A stretch of DNA of 22,962 nt from a virus (Duplodnaviria > Heunggongvirae > Uroviricota > Caudoviricetes), in IMG/VR virus record IMGVR_UViG_2645727945_000010; one strand, given 5' to 3'. The notes beneath the pieces are model-generated. The model saw nothing but the letters and a program-made list of their open reading frames with translations, was not told where the DNA came from and made no database searches. Positions 1-9,889 of the stretch are shown in pieces. A program made the position numbers and the translations under genes. Within the stretch, counting starts at the first letter, position 1, and the number at the start of each line of letters is the position of its first letter.

Positions 1-3000
1 GAAGTCACCTCTGACCTGAGTCGCCTCCAGCATGCCCTTAATCGTACAGTTTTCATTTACCGTGACGTTGTTGAGCGTCCCGGCGTTCGCATTCACACTG
101 CCACTGATATCCGCATTTTTAGCGGTCAGCTTTCCGTCTGATGTCAGGGAAAATACCGGTGGATTTCCACCGCTGGTAATGGTGGGGGCCGTCAGGCGCT
201 TCAGGAACACGTCGTTCATGAACAGCTGATTCCCCTGCGCCACAAATAACGGCGTGCTGTTGCCGCTCTCCGGATTTATCATCGCGATACGGTCAGCCAG
301 CAGCAGTATGTTGCTCAGTGGCTGGCCATCAGTATCCTCAATCCCTGCACCAATCCCGGCCACATAGGGAATGCCGTCTTTCGTTTTTTGAACCTTCAGC
401 ATGTACAGCGCAGCCAGGTCATCATTTGTGTCCTTCTGCACGCGCTGTATCTGCTGTATGGTGGCGCTCTGGTTCTCCAGTGTTTTACTGACCGTCTGTG
501 TGATTTCATTGCGGGTTTCGGTGATGGTGGTCTTCATCTCCGCCATCTCATCCGCAAGCTGGCTGTTGTCTATCAGCTCCCATAGCCCCTGAGCCAGATG
601 CAGTTTTCCTATTTTTTCCCGGAAAAATTCCAGATACCCTTCACCATCATTGCTGGGCTGCCCGCTGACTTCCACAAACGCAGATTTCCCCACCAGGTTG
701 ACGCTGCGCACGTAAAACCAGAAATCCTTCCCGGGCTTAATGTGCGGGCCGGATACACTCCACTGACTGCCGGTCCCCAGATAACGGGCAGATTTTTCCA
801 CCTGTGCCGTGTTCGTGATGCGTTTTTCGGAGAACCAGAATTCAAACTGTACCGTCGGGTCATACACCGCCAGCACCGGTACCGCCGTTATCTGAAAATA
901 CCCCGGCGTCAGTTCAATGGTGGCGGGTTTTGCTGGCGCGTTAATCCGGAAGGTGGTGGTGGTCGGTTCGCCCTGCTGGCCATAACTGTTAATTGCCCTG
1001 ACTGTCAGGGTGTATTCCCCGAGCGGCAGACCACTGAAACGATGCTCTGTATCCGCAGTGATGGCGGTGGTCACCAGACGGCTGTCTTCTCCGCTTCCGC
1101 TGGTCAGGCGCAGACTGAAGCGCACACCCTTCACCACCCGCGGCGCGTCCCATTTCGCCTGTGCCAGATACTGACCGTCAGCCGCGCTCACCTCCACCGT
1201 CAGGTGCTGCACTGCCGGTGGAATAACGCTGTTCAGGGAACCTGACTGCGGCTCAAAGCTGGCCCCGTTATCCACAATGGCTTCTTTTTCCGGTACGTGC
1301 TGCACCGCCGTGATGGCAAAGGTGCCCTCCGTGTTTTCCCGGATGGAGACACAGCGGAACAGGCGACGACGCAGTGACGGCAGGGAGAGTCCCCATACAC
1401 CGTATGTCTCCACACCATCAGGCAGGGTGCTGACCTGTATCCGGTCCGGCGCGGGGTGTGCAGTGATGTCCACACTCACCGGCTTACCGCTGCCGTTAAT
1501 CAGGTTCACCGTGGCGGCACCGGTCTCCGGCAGGGTCACCTCACGGTCCAGTGTCAGGGTGCGGCTGGCGGCATCGATGGACAGGACACGTCCGCCGGTC
1601 ATGGTCCCGGCATAGTCGTTATCACAGATTTCAATAATGTCACCGGGTGTGTGACGCAGCCCCTGTGACCCGAGCGTGAAATCCACCGTCTGCGTTTCCA
1701 GCAGTCCGGTCTTTATCACCCACAGCCCGGCACGGTGGGCCTGACCGCGACTGGTGCAGCCGAACGCATCCATCTTCAGCAGGTTGCGCCCGTAGCGCAG
1801 TATGGCTTCCGGGTCTTCCACCAGTTCCGTGGAGGTCTGCCAGCCGTTCTGCGGGTCGGTGTAATTCACCTCCACCGCCGTGTGGCGGTCCTTCAGGGCG
1901 CTGAAGCTGTAGCGAAACCCCACGCCGTTATCATCCACCACCACATCGCTGTTGGTGTACGGCCACACCACATCCGACGGGCGGTCCTGAACGAACGTCA
2001 GCGTCTGGCCGTTCCATACCGGCATACAGCGCATCGCCGAGCAGAAATCACTGAGCACATCCCATGCCTTACGCTGTTGTGACAGGTACGCATTAAAGGT
2101 CATCCGCGGCTCGGTCCCCCCGAAACCATCCGGCACCGTCTGGTCGCAGTACTGCCCGATGGCATACAGCGCCCACTTGTCAACATCCGCCGCCCCCAGA
2201 CGTTTTCCCATGCCGTAGCGCGGGTGAGTCAGCATGTCCCACAGGCACCAGGCCGGGTTGTTGCTGTATGCCGGTTTCAGGCTGCCGTCCCAGATGCCGC
2301 TGTAAGTGCGTTTTTCCGGGTCATAGTTTGACGGTACCTGGATGATGCGACCGCGGATATGGTAGTTCACCGTCATCTGCTGACCGCCAAACTGCTCCGC
2401 ATCCACCTGCAGCCCCACAATCGCCGTGTTCGGGTAGCACTGTTTCACATCGATGATTTCGGTGTATGACGACCAGAGCGTCTTATTCTGCAGCTGGTCC
2501 GAGGTGCTGTCCGCTGTCTCCCGGACCATCCGGATGTTAAAGGGCCGCTCAGGCAGATTATCCAGAATCACCGACGCCAGAAACTGCGAGGTGGTCTTGC
2601 CGTTAATGGTGACATCCTTTTCCGTCACCCAGTTACCGTTGCGCTGCAACTGAATCAGCAGCCGGACAGAAGAGGGATTACGGTCGCCCTTTGAGGTGGT
2701 CTCCAACAGTGACTGCACCCCGAAGGTGACCCGCAGGCGGTCAATGTTCGCGGATGTAATGGTGCGCGTTACCGGCTTTGCCTTCGTCACTTCCACGCCC
2801 AGTCCGGTTTCAGCTCCGGAGGACTCAAAGCCTTCCGGTGGTGTCTGCTCCTGCTCCCCGGCGCGCCAGACCGCGGTCACACCGTGTATCACAGGATTGC
2901 CGTCCGTGTCCGTCAGCGGGGTTTTGTTCACCAGGATACTCTGCAGCCCCTTCACCGGGCCTTCTATCGGTCCCTCACCAATCGCATCAATCACACTCAT

Positions 3001-3069
3001 CATCTGCGTGGATTTGAGATTATCCTTCGCCTCTCGAGGCGTGTGCGCCCTGCCGCCACCTTTGCCCAT
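1..3069 (-). CDS. J: Host specificity / tail tip protein J, 3' end truncated by window edge (about 1023 codons present)
   Basis: Hand translation of the minus strand from ATG at 3069..3067 gives [38 protein letters not shown]... with no stop down to position 1. It resembles lambda gpJ along its length (e.g. [30 protein letters not shown]). RBS GAGAGG upstream. Absent from the ORF track because no stop codon lies in the window. Confidence 0.88.
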   Translation of the reverse strand, partial: MGKGGGRAHTPREAKDNLKSTQMMSVIDAIGEGPIEGPVKGLQSILVNKTPLTDTDGNPVIHGVTAVWRAGEQEQTPPEGFESSGAETGLGVEVTKAKPVTRTITSANIDRLRVTFGVQSLLETTSKGDRNPSSVRLLIQLQRNGNWVTEKDVTINGKTTSQFLASVILDNLPERPFNIRMVRETADSTSDQLQNKTLWSSYTEIIDVKQCYPNTAIVGLQVDAEQFGGQQMTVNYHIRGRIIQVPSNYDPEKRTYSGIWDGSLKPAYSNNPAWCLWDMLTHPRYGMGKRLGAADVDKWALYAIGQYCDQTVPDGFGGTEPRMTFNAYLSQQRKAWDVLSDFCSAMRCMPVWNGQTLTFVQDRPSDVVWPYTNSDVVVDDNGVGFRYSFSALKDRHTAVEVNYTDPQNGWQTSTELVEDPEAILRYGRNLLKMDAFGCTSRGQAHRAGLWVIKTGLLETQTVDFTLGSQGLRHTPGDIIEICDNDYAGTMTGGRVLSIDAASRTLTLDREVTLPETGAATVNLINGSGKPVSVDITAHPAPDRIQVSTLPDGVETYGVWGLSLPSLRRRLFRCVSIRENTEGTFAITAVQHVPEKEAIVDNGASFEPQSGSLNSVIPPAVQHLTVEVSAADGQYLAQAKWDAPRVVKGVRFSLRLTSGSGEDSRLVTTAITADTEHRFSGLPLGEYTLTVRAINSYGQQGEPTTTTFRINAPAKPATIELTPGYFQITAVPVLAVYDPTVQFEFWFSEKRITNTAQVEKSARYLGTGSQWSVSGPHIKPGKDFWFYVRSVNLVGKSAFVEVSGQPSNDGEGYLEFFREKIGKLHLAQGLWELIDNSQLADEMAEMKTTITETRNEITQTVSKTLENQSATIQQIQRVQKDTNDDLAALYMLKVQKTKDGIPYVAGIGAGIEDTDGQPLSNILLLADRIAMINPESGNSTPLFVAQGNQLFMNDVFLKRLTAPTITSGGNPPVFSLTSDGKLTAKNADISGSVNANAGTLNNVTVNENCTIKGMLEATQVRGDF

Positions 3070-3085
3070 AATGTTCCTCTCAATT

Positions 3086-3202
3086 GGTATTATTAATCGC
3101 AGTGATAGGATATTGCACAGCTATTGCGCGATATCATCAGAACGCTGTTTGTTACCCTGTAACCAGCAAGCTCAGTCTGTTAACGGAATTAATGAGGGTT
3201 TT
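3086..3202 (+). promoter_or_regulatory. AT-rich upstream region of sodC, candidate promoter (no confident -35/-10 assignment)
   Basis: 133-bp gap between the divergent J start (3069) and sodC start (3203). AT-rich relative to flanking phage genes. RBS GAGGG at 3194..3198. Confidence 0.25.
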
Positions 3203-3730
3203 ATGAAATGTAAAATCATTGCTGCCATTGCCATGCTGACAGCAGCATCATGCGGATACGCAGCAGAACAGGAAGTCCCAATGAACCTTGTCAGTGCTGA
3301 CGGAAAAGAAGTCAGCATTGGAAAAATAACCATTCAGGAGACCCCCTACGGTCTGCTGTTCACACCAGCCCTTCACTCTCTGTCTGAAGGCATTCATGGT
3401 TTTCATGTGCACGAAAAAGGAAATTGCGCCCCGGCACTGAAAGACGGAAAACCGGTCGCAGCATTATCGGCTGGCGGTCACTTTGACCCGAAAAACACCG
3501 GCAAACATCTTGGCCCCTGGTCTCCGGATGGACACCTGGGCGACCTCCCTGCGCTGTTCGTGACGCATGACGGAAAAGCGAACTACCCGGTCCTGGCCCC
3601 GAGACTGAACTCATTAAAAGAGATTAAAGGGCGTTCTCTCATGCTTCATGCTGGCGGTGATAACCATCATGACCATCCGGAGCCCCTGGGCGGTGGTGGT
3701 GCGAGAATGGCCTGCGGCATCATTCAATAA
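3203..3730 (+). CDS. sodC: Periplasmic Cu,Zn superoxide dismutase (prophage cargo gene)
   Basis: ATG at 3203 with GAGGG RBS. 175-aa product [23 protein letters not shown]... has an N-terminal signal peptide and conserved Cu/Zn-SOD motifs ([61 protein letters not shown]). Resembles Salmonella SodCI / E. coli prophage SodC from memory. Confidence 0.93.
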   Translation: MKCKIIAAIAMLTAASCGYAAEQEVPMNLVSADGKEVSIGKITIQETPYGLLFTPALHSLSEGIHGFHVHEKGNCAPALKDGKPVAALSAGGHFDPKNTGKHLGPWSPDGHLGDLPALFVTHDGKANYPVLAPRLNSLKEIKGRSLMLHAGGDNHHDHPEPLGGGGARMACGIIQ

Positions 3731-3736
3731 TCAGTC

Positions 3737-3765
3737 AGGTAAGGGGCGGGCCCCTTACCTTTATT
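3737..3765 (+). terminator. Intrinsic terminator downstream of sodC
   Basis: Perfect 10-bp stem AGGTAAGGGG (3737-3746) / CCCCTTACCT (3751-3760), 4-nt loop, followed by TTATT. Confidence 0.6.
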
Positions 3766-3878
3766 CCTCAGGACGATAAATCCTTTCTCCCTGAAAAGAA
3801 CGGCACATCCTCCCTCTCTGAGTTAATGTTTTTGTCGTGACATAAGAATAATTCCTTACACTCAATCTTCGTAACGCT

Positions 3879-3915
3879 CCCGCAGTTCCTGTCCGTGAGC
3901 ACTGCGGGATTTTTT
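3879..3915 (+). terminator. Second plus-strand intrinsic terminator, 3' of sodC and abutting the I stop codon
   Basis: 8-bp stem CCCGCAGT (3879-3886) / ACTGCGGG (3901-3908), 14-nt loop, then A-TTTTTT (3910-3915). No T-tract in the minus-strand orientation. Confidence 0.5.
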
Positions 3916-3920
3916 CGCTT

Positions 3921-4601
3921 TTATGCCTGCCGCCCGATAACCACGACCTTTCCGCCCCCGCCTTCATCACGGGTACTGATGTCCTGGGATATACGGCGGG
4001 AGCCAACCAGCATTTCCCCGTAAGGCACCGGCATCGGGTTACCCTGGGCAATCATGTTGTCCAGTGACGAAAAATACGTGTTCTGTCTGCCGTTATCCGT
4101 GCTTTTGTACTCCGGTACTTTAGCCTTCGGGGCCAGCATCTGAGCCACACCACCCAGAATCATGCTGGCCCCCAGAGAAAACAGCATCGTGGTGGCAGAA
4201 AAACCACCGGCTGCCAGGGCTGAACCCCATAACGCCATTGATGCCCCGGCCGTGAAGAACGACCCCACGATGGCTGCCGCCCCCAGCACAATCTGCAGTC
4301 CGCCCTTTCCGGCTCCGGCCAGTCGCGGCACAATGTGGATGACCGTTCCCTCACCCAGCTGTTCGTGAAGACGGGCATACACCGCCTCCGGTGCCGTGTC
4401 ATCACCGGCAATACGTATCTGGTACCAGCCTTCGTTCATCTGACGGCGAAAGCCCGGCATCTGCATCGACAGGGCGCGAATGGCTTCCGCTGCCGTGTTC
4501 ACGTACAGGCTGAGGCGGCGGCCAAATCGTTGCAAATCCCCGTGAAGGCAGATGCGTGCCAGTGGCGGTGACGCCAGACAGAATGCGTTCGTCGTTGCCA
4601 T
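3921..4601 (-). CDS. I: Tail assembly protein I (lambda gpI-like)
   Basis: 226-aa product MATTNAFCLASPPLARICLHGDLQRFGRR... resembles lambda gpI along its length (QNTYFSSLDNMIAQGN, GGGGKVVVIGR C-terminus). Overlaps K 3' end as in lambda. Confidence 0.88.
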   Translation of the reverse strand: MATTNAFCLASPPLARICLHGDLQRFGRRLSLYVNTAAEAIRALSMQMPGFRRQMNEGWYQIRIAGDDTAPEAVYARLHEQLGEGTVIHIVPRLAGAGKGGLQIVLGAAAIVGSFFTAGASMALWGSALAAGGFSATTMLFSLGASMILGGVAQMLAPKAKVPEYKSTDNGRQNTYFSSLDNMIAQGNPMPVPYGEMLVGSRRISQDISTRDEGGGGKVVVIGRQA

Positions 4602-5242
4602 TTTTCGGAATACCTCTCCCGTTTACTCAGTTGTTCAGGCAGATGGTGAAGCAGCTCACCGTTGCCGCAGTATATGGCGGCATGATTGGCCACCGATGCG
4701 CCAAAGCAGCACAGCAGAATATCGCCCGCCTGTGCAGAGGACAGGGGCACCCGGTAAAAGCCCGTTCCCTCCATATTGTCCAGGTACAGGTTCTGGCCGT
4801 TGCGCCACCAGTCATCCTCACGTTCAAAATCCGGCATATCAATTCCCGCCAGATGGTAGGCATCCCGGAACAGCGTGTAACAGTCCGTCACCCCGTGCTC
4901 AAAGCGCCGTCCTGTCAGATGTGGCACACAGCGGAATTTATGAATGTCCCCCCGGCAGACCAGCCACCAGGACAGTGCACTTTTTATCTGCAGCCGCCGG
5001 TCGGCCTCGCTCAGCCAGGGCAGACCACCGGGATGACTGTGGACCAGTGCCACAATCTCCCCCTGCATCTCTGCCCGCAGCCAGTCTTCCGGTGCAATAC
5101 GAAAATACGCCTCCGGCTCTGCAGAGATATTCACACAAGGGATATACCGCTCCCCCTCCGGCGTTCTCACCACGAAGCCGCACGACTCCGCAGGCACACA
5201 CCGCCGGGCATGCGCCAGAATCGCTGATTCAGTCTGTGTCAT
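4499..5242 (-). CDS. K: Tail assembly protein K (MPN/JAMM plus NlpC/P60 domains, lambda gpK-like)
   Basis: Start placed at the internal ATG (5242) giving MTQTESAILAHARRC... as in lambda K. HSHPGG JAMM motif and a C-terminal NlpC/P60-like region. The ORF-track start at 5503 is an upstream extension overlapping L. Confidence 0.88.
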   Translation of the reverse strand: MTQTESAILAHARRCVPAESCGFVVRTPEGERYIPCVNISAEPEAYFRIAPEDWLRAEMQGEIVALVHSHPGGLPWLSEADRRLQIKSALSWWLVCRGDIHKFRCVPHLTGRRFEHGVTDCYTLFRDAYHLAGIDMPDFEREDDWWRNGQNLYLDNMEGTGFYRVPLSSAQAGDILLCCFGASVANHAAIYCGNGELLHHLPEQLSKRERYSEKWQRRTHSVWRHRHWHASAFTGICNDLAAASACT

Positions 5243-5252
5243 AAACCGGGAT

Positions 5253-5951
5253 TTACTGCGAAAGTTTGTTAATGGAAAGGAAACCGCCAAAATTGCCGAC
5301 ATTCCTGCGCAGTTCACACCCGCGCATGCACTTGCTGCATCTGTCCTTACGGATATCCGTGGTGGGTTTATCGAACTCATCCGCCACAGCCCCGCCCGTG
5401 TAACCACACTCATCAGAGCGGTAGGTCCACATACAGGTGTTCGCCAGCATGATGCGACCGGGAAACAGCGCCCCGTCCGTCTCGGTCGGTGTGGCCAGCA
5501 CAAACGAGGCCGTCATGGCCGTCAGCTCTGATAACTGCTCCACCACCCAGCGGTCGCTCAGCTCCTGCTCCGGGTCCGCTTCCGGATTGCCCGCCACAAA
5601 ATTCACCGCATCCAGAAAACGGGCATACACCCGGCGGCGGACCACCGTGGCCCCCACCAGGCTCTGCAAATCCTCCGCCATTCCGGTGACCAGACCAAAC
5701 AGATTGGACACCGTCAGCGACGGGCGGGCACTGCTGCCCTTCCCGCTCATCTCAAAACCGCTGCCGTCAATCGGGTATGCCTGATATTGCCGCCCCTGCC
5801 AGGTGACCGGCTCCCCTTTTTCATTCAGCTCATTACAGAAAAAATACCGCTCACCACCCTGTACCGTCAGGTCGATTTCCCAGAGTACCACCCGCGGTGA
5901 CTGCTCTGACTTAACCGACTCGTTCAGGCTTTCTTCGTGAATATCCTGCAT
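5253..5951 (-). CDS. L: Minor tail protein L (lambda gpL-like)
   Basis: Start set at ATG 5951..5949 (MQDIHEESLNE...), which overlaps the M stop as TGATG. Resembles lambda gpL (VVLWEIDLT, GERYFFCNE, GEPVTWQGRQYQ, NVGNFGGFLSINKLSQ). Confidence 0.9.
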   Translation of the reverse strand: MQDIHEESLNESVKSEQSPRVVLWEIDLTVQGGERYFFCNELNEKGEPVTWQGRQYQAYPIDGSGFEMSGKGSSARPSLTVSNLFGLVTGMAEDLQSLVGATVVRRRVYARFLDAVNFVAGNPEADPEQELSDRWVVEQLSELTAMTASFVLATPTETDGALFPGRIMLANTCMWTYRSDECGYTGGAVADEFDKPTTDIRKDRCSKCMRGCELRRNVGNFGGFLSINKLSQ

Positions 5952-6292
5952 CAGTTCACCACCTGCTCTATCGTGCAACTGAAATCACTGTACCGGGCAT
6001 TATCCGTGACACTCCACTCACGGCACACAACCCTCACCGTCCGGTTATGTTTCGGCGGTCGCCACAAAAAGGCACGGTAACCACCATGCCACGATAAAAA
6101 CTCTTCCAGCCAGCGCCGGGTTGACTCATCCGTCACCCGGAACACCGCCTGAAACGTCTTCAGTTGAGGATTCAGTCCTGTGGGGCGACGCTGTTCATAA
6201 CCGTCACCAAACCGCACCCTCACCACCGACGGCTTCTCACTCACCTGCATCCCTTCACGCGGGACCAGATGCAGCGTTTTTATCTCAGCCAC
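5951..6292 (-). CDS. M: Minor tail protein M (lambda gpM-like)
   Basis: 113-aa product with VRFGDGY, FLWRPP and a TIEQVVN C-terminus like lambda gpM. 8-nt overlap with H upstream. Confidence 0.9.
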   Translation of the reverse strand: MAEIKTLHLVPREGMQVSEKPSVVRVRFGDGYEQRRPTGLNPQLKTFQAVFRVTDESTRRWLEEFLSWHGGYRAFLWRPPKHNRTVRVVCREWSVTDNARYSDFSCTIEQVVN

Positions 6293-9200
6293 TCAGCATT
6301 CCTCCGTCACGTCGCATGGACAGCATCACCGCCTGCACCCGCTGGTCAATCAGCTGCACAAGACTGCCTGCCGCCTCCGGCCCTATCTGGCCATTAGTCC
6401 CGTCATTCTGAATGGCGATGTGGTAGACCGGGGAATACACCAGACCCGCACTACCGTTCATACTACCCACGGCGCGTACGCCCAGCGAGCCATCCGCCGC
6501 CCGGGTCAGGGGCATAATGGCTTCAGGTCCGGCTTCCCCCATCAGCCCGGCCCCTTTTGCAAAGGCAAAGTACGTGGGCGTGTCCACAATGCTGTTGCTG
6601 TACGCGCTCAGGTTTGCCGAGGTATACACGCCGCCTTTTGCATTGACCACCGCACCGCCCAGCCAGTCACCAATGCTGCCAAGAAATCCTCCCGCACCGG
6701 ACATACCGTTTGCCGCCGTCTTGATCCCGTTGACAATCGCGGCATTCATAAGGACTTTTGAGATTTCCTGCAGTACGGATGAGGCCCAGTTGCGCCATTC
6801 CACTTTGTTTCCGTTCAGCATCTCCGTGATGTTATTCACCAGTCCTGAAATCCCCTCAGTCGCCAGCTGTGCTGCCTGAGAGGCGTAATCGGACGCATTA
6901 TCCACCCAGTTACTGAGCCCCTCCTGCAAGCCTTTCTGCCAGTCCGCACGCTGCGCATCCGATTCGGCATAAAAAGTTTCCTGGTCTTTAAGGCGTTCAC
7001 TCAGATACTGCGCGTTCTGTGCCAGAGCCTGTCTGTAAAAATCCTCACTGATATCCCCGGTCTGATACTGAGACTGAAGGTCCGCATCCTTCTGGCGGAA
7101 GCTGTCGCGGATCTGCTGCAACTCCCGCATGCGTTCCCTGGCTCGTTCCCCCTGCCCGTACCCCAGCAGTTCAGATTCATTTGATGCACGCGCAGCCACA
7201 TTATCATTCTTCAGGGTCTCTTCCCGGTACCGCAACTGCTCCCGGATTTTTTGCTGGTCAATCAGGGCCGCATTGCGCAGCAGTTCCTGCTTCTGTATCT
7301 CCGTCAGGGTTTTCAGCTCACCCAGCGCTGTCTGGTACTTCAGCTTCGCCAGCTCCGTATTCTGACCGGCCAGTGCCAGTTGCTCTTTCTGCTGCTTCAG
7401 CAGCCGGGAAAAACTGTCTTCCGCTTTTTCCGTCTCTGATTTTCCACCCCGGGATTTAGGTTTATTCGCCTCGTTATTGCGCCAGGCTTCCAGGGCATTA
7501 CTGATATAACGCTGTCTCGCCTCCTGATACGGATCCCCCACAAAACCGAGGTCATCCGCCGCATACCCCAGCCGGACACGCTCTTTTTCTTCCCCTTTCA
7601 GTCTGGACAGGGCCAGCTCACGCTCTGTTTTTGTCAGGGCACTCTGCTGTTTATCATCCAGAGTGGCCTGTGGCAGCCGTAACGGCACATTCACCAGTCC
7701 CTGCCGCTGCTGAAGCAGTTCATTACCCAGCCCCAGCAGACGGTTGAATTCCGTATGCTGACCGTTCATAACCAGCATGGACTGGTACGCCTTATTCTGC
7801 TCTGCCGCCTGCTGACGAATTAACGCCACACGACGGTCTTCCAGCCCGGCAAGCACATCCTGAATGGACTGCGCTTTTTCCTGCATCTGTGCCAGACGGG
7901 ACTGCTCAACGGCAAGCTGCTCTGTTGCCTGAGCAAGCCCTTCCGTTACGGTCTTCACCGAGGTCAGATGGTTTATCATGAATCCGTCACCGGTCGTCCA
8001 GCCCGGGTTCGCCAGCACATACTGATACCCGGCGATTTTTTCCTGCAGGGATTTCACCCGGCTGGCCTGCTCATCAATCAGCCGGTTTTGCTCTGTCAGC
8101 GCCTCCCGTGTTCGTCCTTCATTATCTGAGGCTTCAGGCAAAGACATTGACGGCGTTTTATGCGCGATTTCATCTATCGTCAGTGCATACTGGCGCGCAG
8201 ACTCCCTGGCCTGCTCCTGATTCTGGTACAGCGTGTACCATGCTGCAGCCCCCAGCATCACCAGTCCGGGTACGCCACCAACCAGCCCCAGCGCACCGCT
8301 CATCAGACGTGAGCCCACCGCCGTTGTACTGTTCAGCGCATTCTGGGCGGCGCTTCTGGCAGCAATATTTCTGTTCAGGCGTTCCTGTGTGGCCGCCAGA
8401 CGGGCCTCTGCAGCAATCTGCATCTCCGTCCCGCGGGCTGCCGCCACGGCCTGCTGAGCACGGTACACGGCTGCCCTTGCCCGCGCCGTGGCAATCTGCG
8501 TTCCCCTGAACTGTGCTTCCGCCAGTGCAACTTCATTACGTGCAGCCGTCACAAGTCCTGCCGTGGCAGACATCGCTCCGGAGGCCATATTGCCAAAGTA
8601 GCGTGCAACCCCGACAGCAACCAGCACACCTGCTGCCGCGGCCACATTATCAATATTGCCGGCAACACCGTTCAGCGCACCGGAGAGCGTTTTCGTCACC
8701 CCGCTGGCCTCATTCGCACCGCCCACCCAGGCCATAAAGGCGTTTTCCACCTTCGTGATACTACTGGAAACCGTTTCCGGCATGGCGGCATATTCATCAC
8801 GCAATGTCCCCAGCTGGCTGATTAACGCAGGAACGACTTTATCCGCCGTCAGTTTGCCGTCGTCCGCCATCGCCTTAAGGTCTTTACGGGCCACGCCCAT
8901 ACCCGCAGCCAGTGCACGAATGATCCGGTCTCCGCTTTCATTGACCGAATTAAATTCCTCACCGCGCAACACACCCTGTGCCAGCGCCTGGCTGAACTGG
9001 GTGATCACCGAACCCGCCTCAGCCGTACTGGCACCGGAGATTTTCAGCCCCGTGGAAATGGCCTCCGTCACCTTCAGCACATCATCAGCACTGTAACCAT
9101 ATTCACGCATCGAGGCAGCCGAACGGGCAAACAGGGCCGCATTATCCGAAAAAGCGGTACCTGTCCGCTGACTGATATCCATCAGCACTTTCTGTGATGA

Positions 9201-9527
9201 CGAAAATTCATCGGATGACTGTGATGCCTGTTTCAGACGGGCATTTACGGAACTCCACTCATCCGCCAGTGAAATCAGGTGTCCGGTGGCAAAGGCACCG
9301 GCAAATGCGCCAGCCACTCCGACAGCAGAACCGCGAATTTCCGTCAACTGGCTGTTCAGTTCTGCCAGGGCGCGTCGCTGCTCCCGGGCTGCCGCAGCGG
9401 CCTGACGCCCGCCATTCTGCAGGGTCCGGTAATATTCACTGCCCATGCGGGAAGCACGCTGGATCTCCGACTGGAATGACTGTGAATTTGCCGAAATTTT
9501 GATAATCAGTTCACGTAACGTCGCCAT
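6285..9527 (-). CDS. H: Tail tape measure protein (lambda gpH-like), 1080 aa
   Basis: Long Ala/Gln-rich coiled-coil protein between G/T and M. C-terminus (IQNDGTNGQIGPEAAGS...RRDGGMLSG) resembles lambda gpH. Confidence 0.9.
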   Translation of the reverse strand: MATLRELIIKISANSQSFQSEIQRASRMGSEYYRTLQNGGRQAAAAAREQRRALAELNSQLTEIRGSAVGVAGAFAGAFATGHLISLADEWSSVNARLKQASQSSDEFSSSQKVLMDISQRTGTAFSDNAALFARSAASMREYGYSADDVLKVTEAISTGLKISGASTAEAGSVITQFSQALAQGVLRGEEFNSVNESGDRIIRALAAGMGVARKDLKAMADDGKLTADKVVPALISQLGTLRDEYAAMPETVSSSITKVENAFMAWVGGANEASGVTKTLSGALNGVAGNIDNVAAAAGVLVAVGVARYFGNMASGAMSATAGLVTAARNEVALAEAQFRGTQIATARARAAVYRAQQAVAAARGTEMQIAAEARLAATQERLNRNIAARSAAQNALNSTTAVGSRLMSGALGLVGGVPGLVMLGAAAWYTLYQNQEQARESARQYALTIDEIAHKTPSMSLPEASDNEGRTREALTEQNRLIDEQASRVKSLQEKIAGYQYVLANPGWTTGDGFMINHLTSVKTVTEGLAQATEQLAVEQSRLAQMQEKAQSIQDVLAGLEDRRVALIRQQAAEQNKAYQSMLVMNGQHTEFNRLLGLGNELLQQRQGLVNVPLRLPQATLDDKQQSALTKTERELALSRLKGEEKERVRLGYAADDLGFVGDPYQEARQRYISNALEAWRNNEANKPKSRGGKSETEKAEDSFSRLLKQQKEQLALAGQNTELAKLKYQTALGELKTLTEIQKQELLRNAALIDQQKIREQLRYREETLKNDNVAARASNESELLGYGQGERARERMRELQQIRDSFRQKDADLQSQYQTGDISEDFYRQALAQNAQYLSERLKDQETFYAESDAQRADWQKGLQEGLSNWVDNASDYASQAAQLATEGISGLVNNITEMLNGNKVEWRNWASSVLQEISKVLMNAAIVNGIKTAANGMSGAGGFLGSIGDWLGGAVVNAKGGVYTSANLSAYSNSIVDTPTYFAFAKGAGLMGEAGPEAIMPLTRAADGSLGVRAVGSMNGSAGLVYSPVYHIAIQNDGTNGQIGPEAAGSLVQLIDQRVQAVMLSMRRDGGMLSG

Positions 9528-9543
9528 TCACCTTTCTCCGGGC

Positions 9544-9566
9544 GTAAAAAAACCGCCTCAGCGGTT
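9544..9566 (-). terminator. Hairpin plus U-tract element between T and H on the sense (minus) strand
   Basis: Minus-strand reading AACCGC-UGAG-GCGGUU followed by 7 U (plus-strand A7 at 9544-9550, stem 9551-9556 / 9561-9566). Nearly identical to the element at 17095..17119. Confidence 0.45.
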
Positions 9567-9574
9567 CTCATCAT

Positions 9575-9889
9575 TCATGACTGTGCTGCAAAGCTCAGCG
9601 CGTCTTCCAGCGCCGCAAACGGATCCACCTCCGGCTTATCCTCATCCTCGCCCCAGCAGAGCATGGCGTCCTTCAGTGCAACATTCATCCCCTGTGCCCC
9701 GAAAACCGCTTTCACGATCTGTGCATTACGGATATCCCCGCGCTCATCACCCAGCGGGGACACCCTGTCAAACTCCATCCACATCATCGCCTCGCTCGCA
9801 CTCAGGCTGTGCCGCAGTTCGGATAAGGTGCGCCCCAGACGGAGCGCAAGTCGCATCAGAAAGCGAATTTCCGGGCGGGCTACTTTTTT
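9575..9889 (-). CDS. T: T segment of tail assembly chaperone GT, expressed as a -1 frameshift extension of G
   Basis: ORF MRLALRLGRTLSEL... is in the -1 frame relative to G and is open upstream through the slippery site. Reading from the slip gives ...KK-VARPEIRFLMRLALRLG.... No independent RBS. Confidence 0.7.
   Translation of the reverse strand, partial: KKVARPEIRFLMRLALRLGRTLSELRHSLSASEAMMWMEFDRVSPLGDERGDIRNAQIVKAVFGAQGMNVALKDAMLCWGEDEDKPEVDPFAALEDALSFAAQS

Noticed and set aside
2696-3202. N-terminal two-thirds of the 344-aa plus-strand ORF 2696..3730
   Set aside because: Only the last 528 nt (from ATG 3203 with its own RBS) encode SodC with a signal peptide. The upstream part is an open antisense frame inside the J gene.
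4552-5244. Plus-strand ORFs of 223-230 aa antisense to K and I
   Set aside because: They overlap strongly supported minus-strand tail genes, have Pro/Arg-rich low-complexity translations typical of antisense frames in GC-rich DNA, and lack RBS support.
5243-5503. Upstream start for K at 5503
   Set aside because: The extension overlaps most of the L 3' end in another frame. The internal ATG at 5242 gives MTQTESAILAHARRC..., matching the lambda gpK N-terminus.
5952-5978. Upstream start for L at 5978 (MHDRAGGELMQDI...)
   Set aside because: The ATG at 5951 overlaps the M stop as TGATG and gives an N-terminus (MQDIHEE...) matching lambda gpL; the extension would overlap M.
9575-9856. T as an independent gene starting at ATG 9856
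   Set aside because: No RBS, and the frame is open upstream to the A AAA AAG slippery site at the end of G, so it is better explained as the GT frameshift extension.
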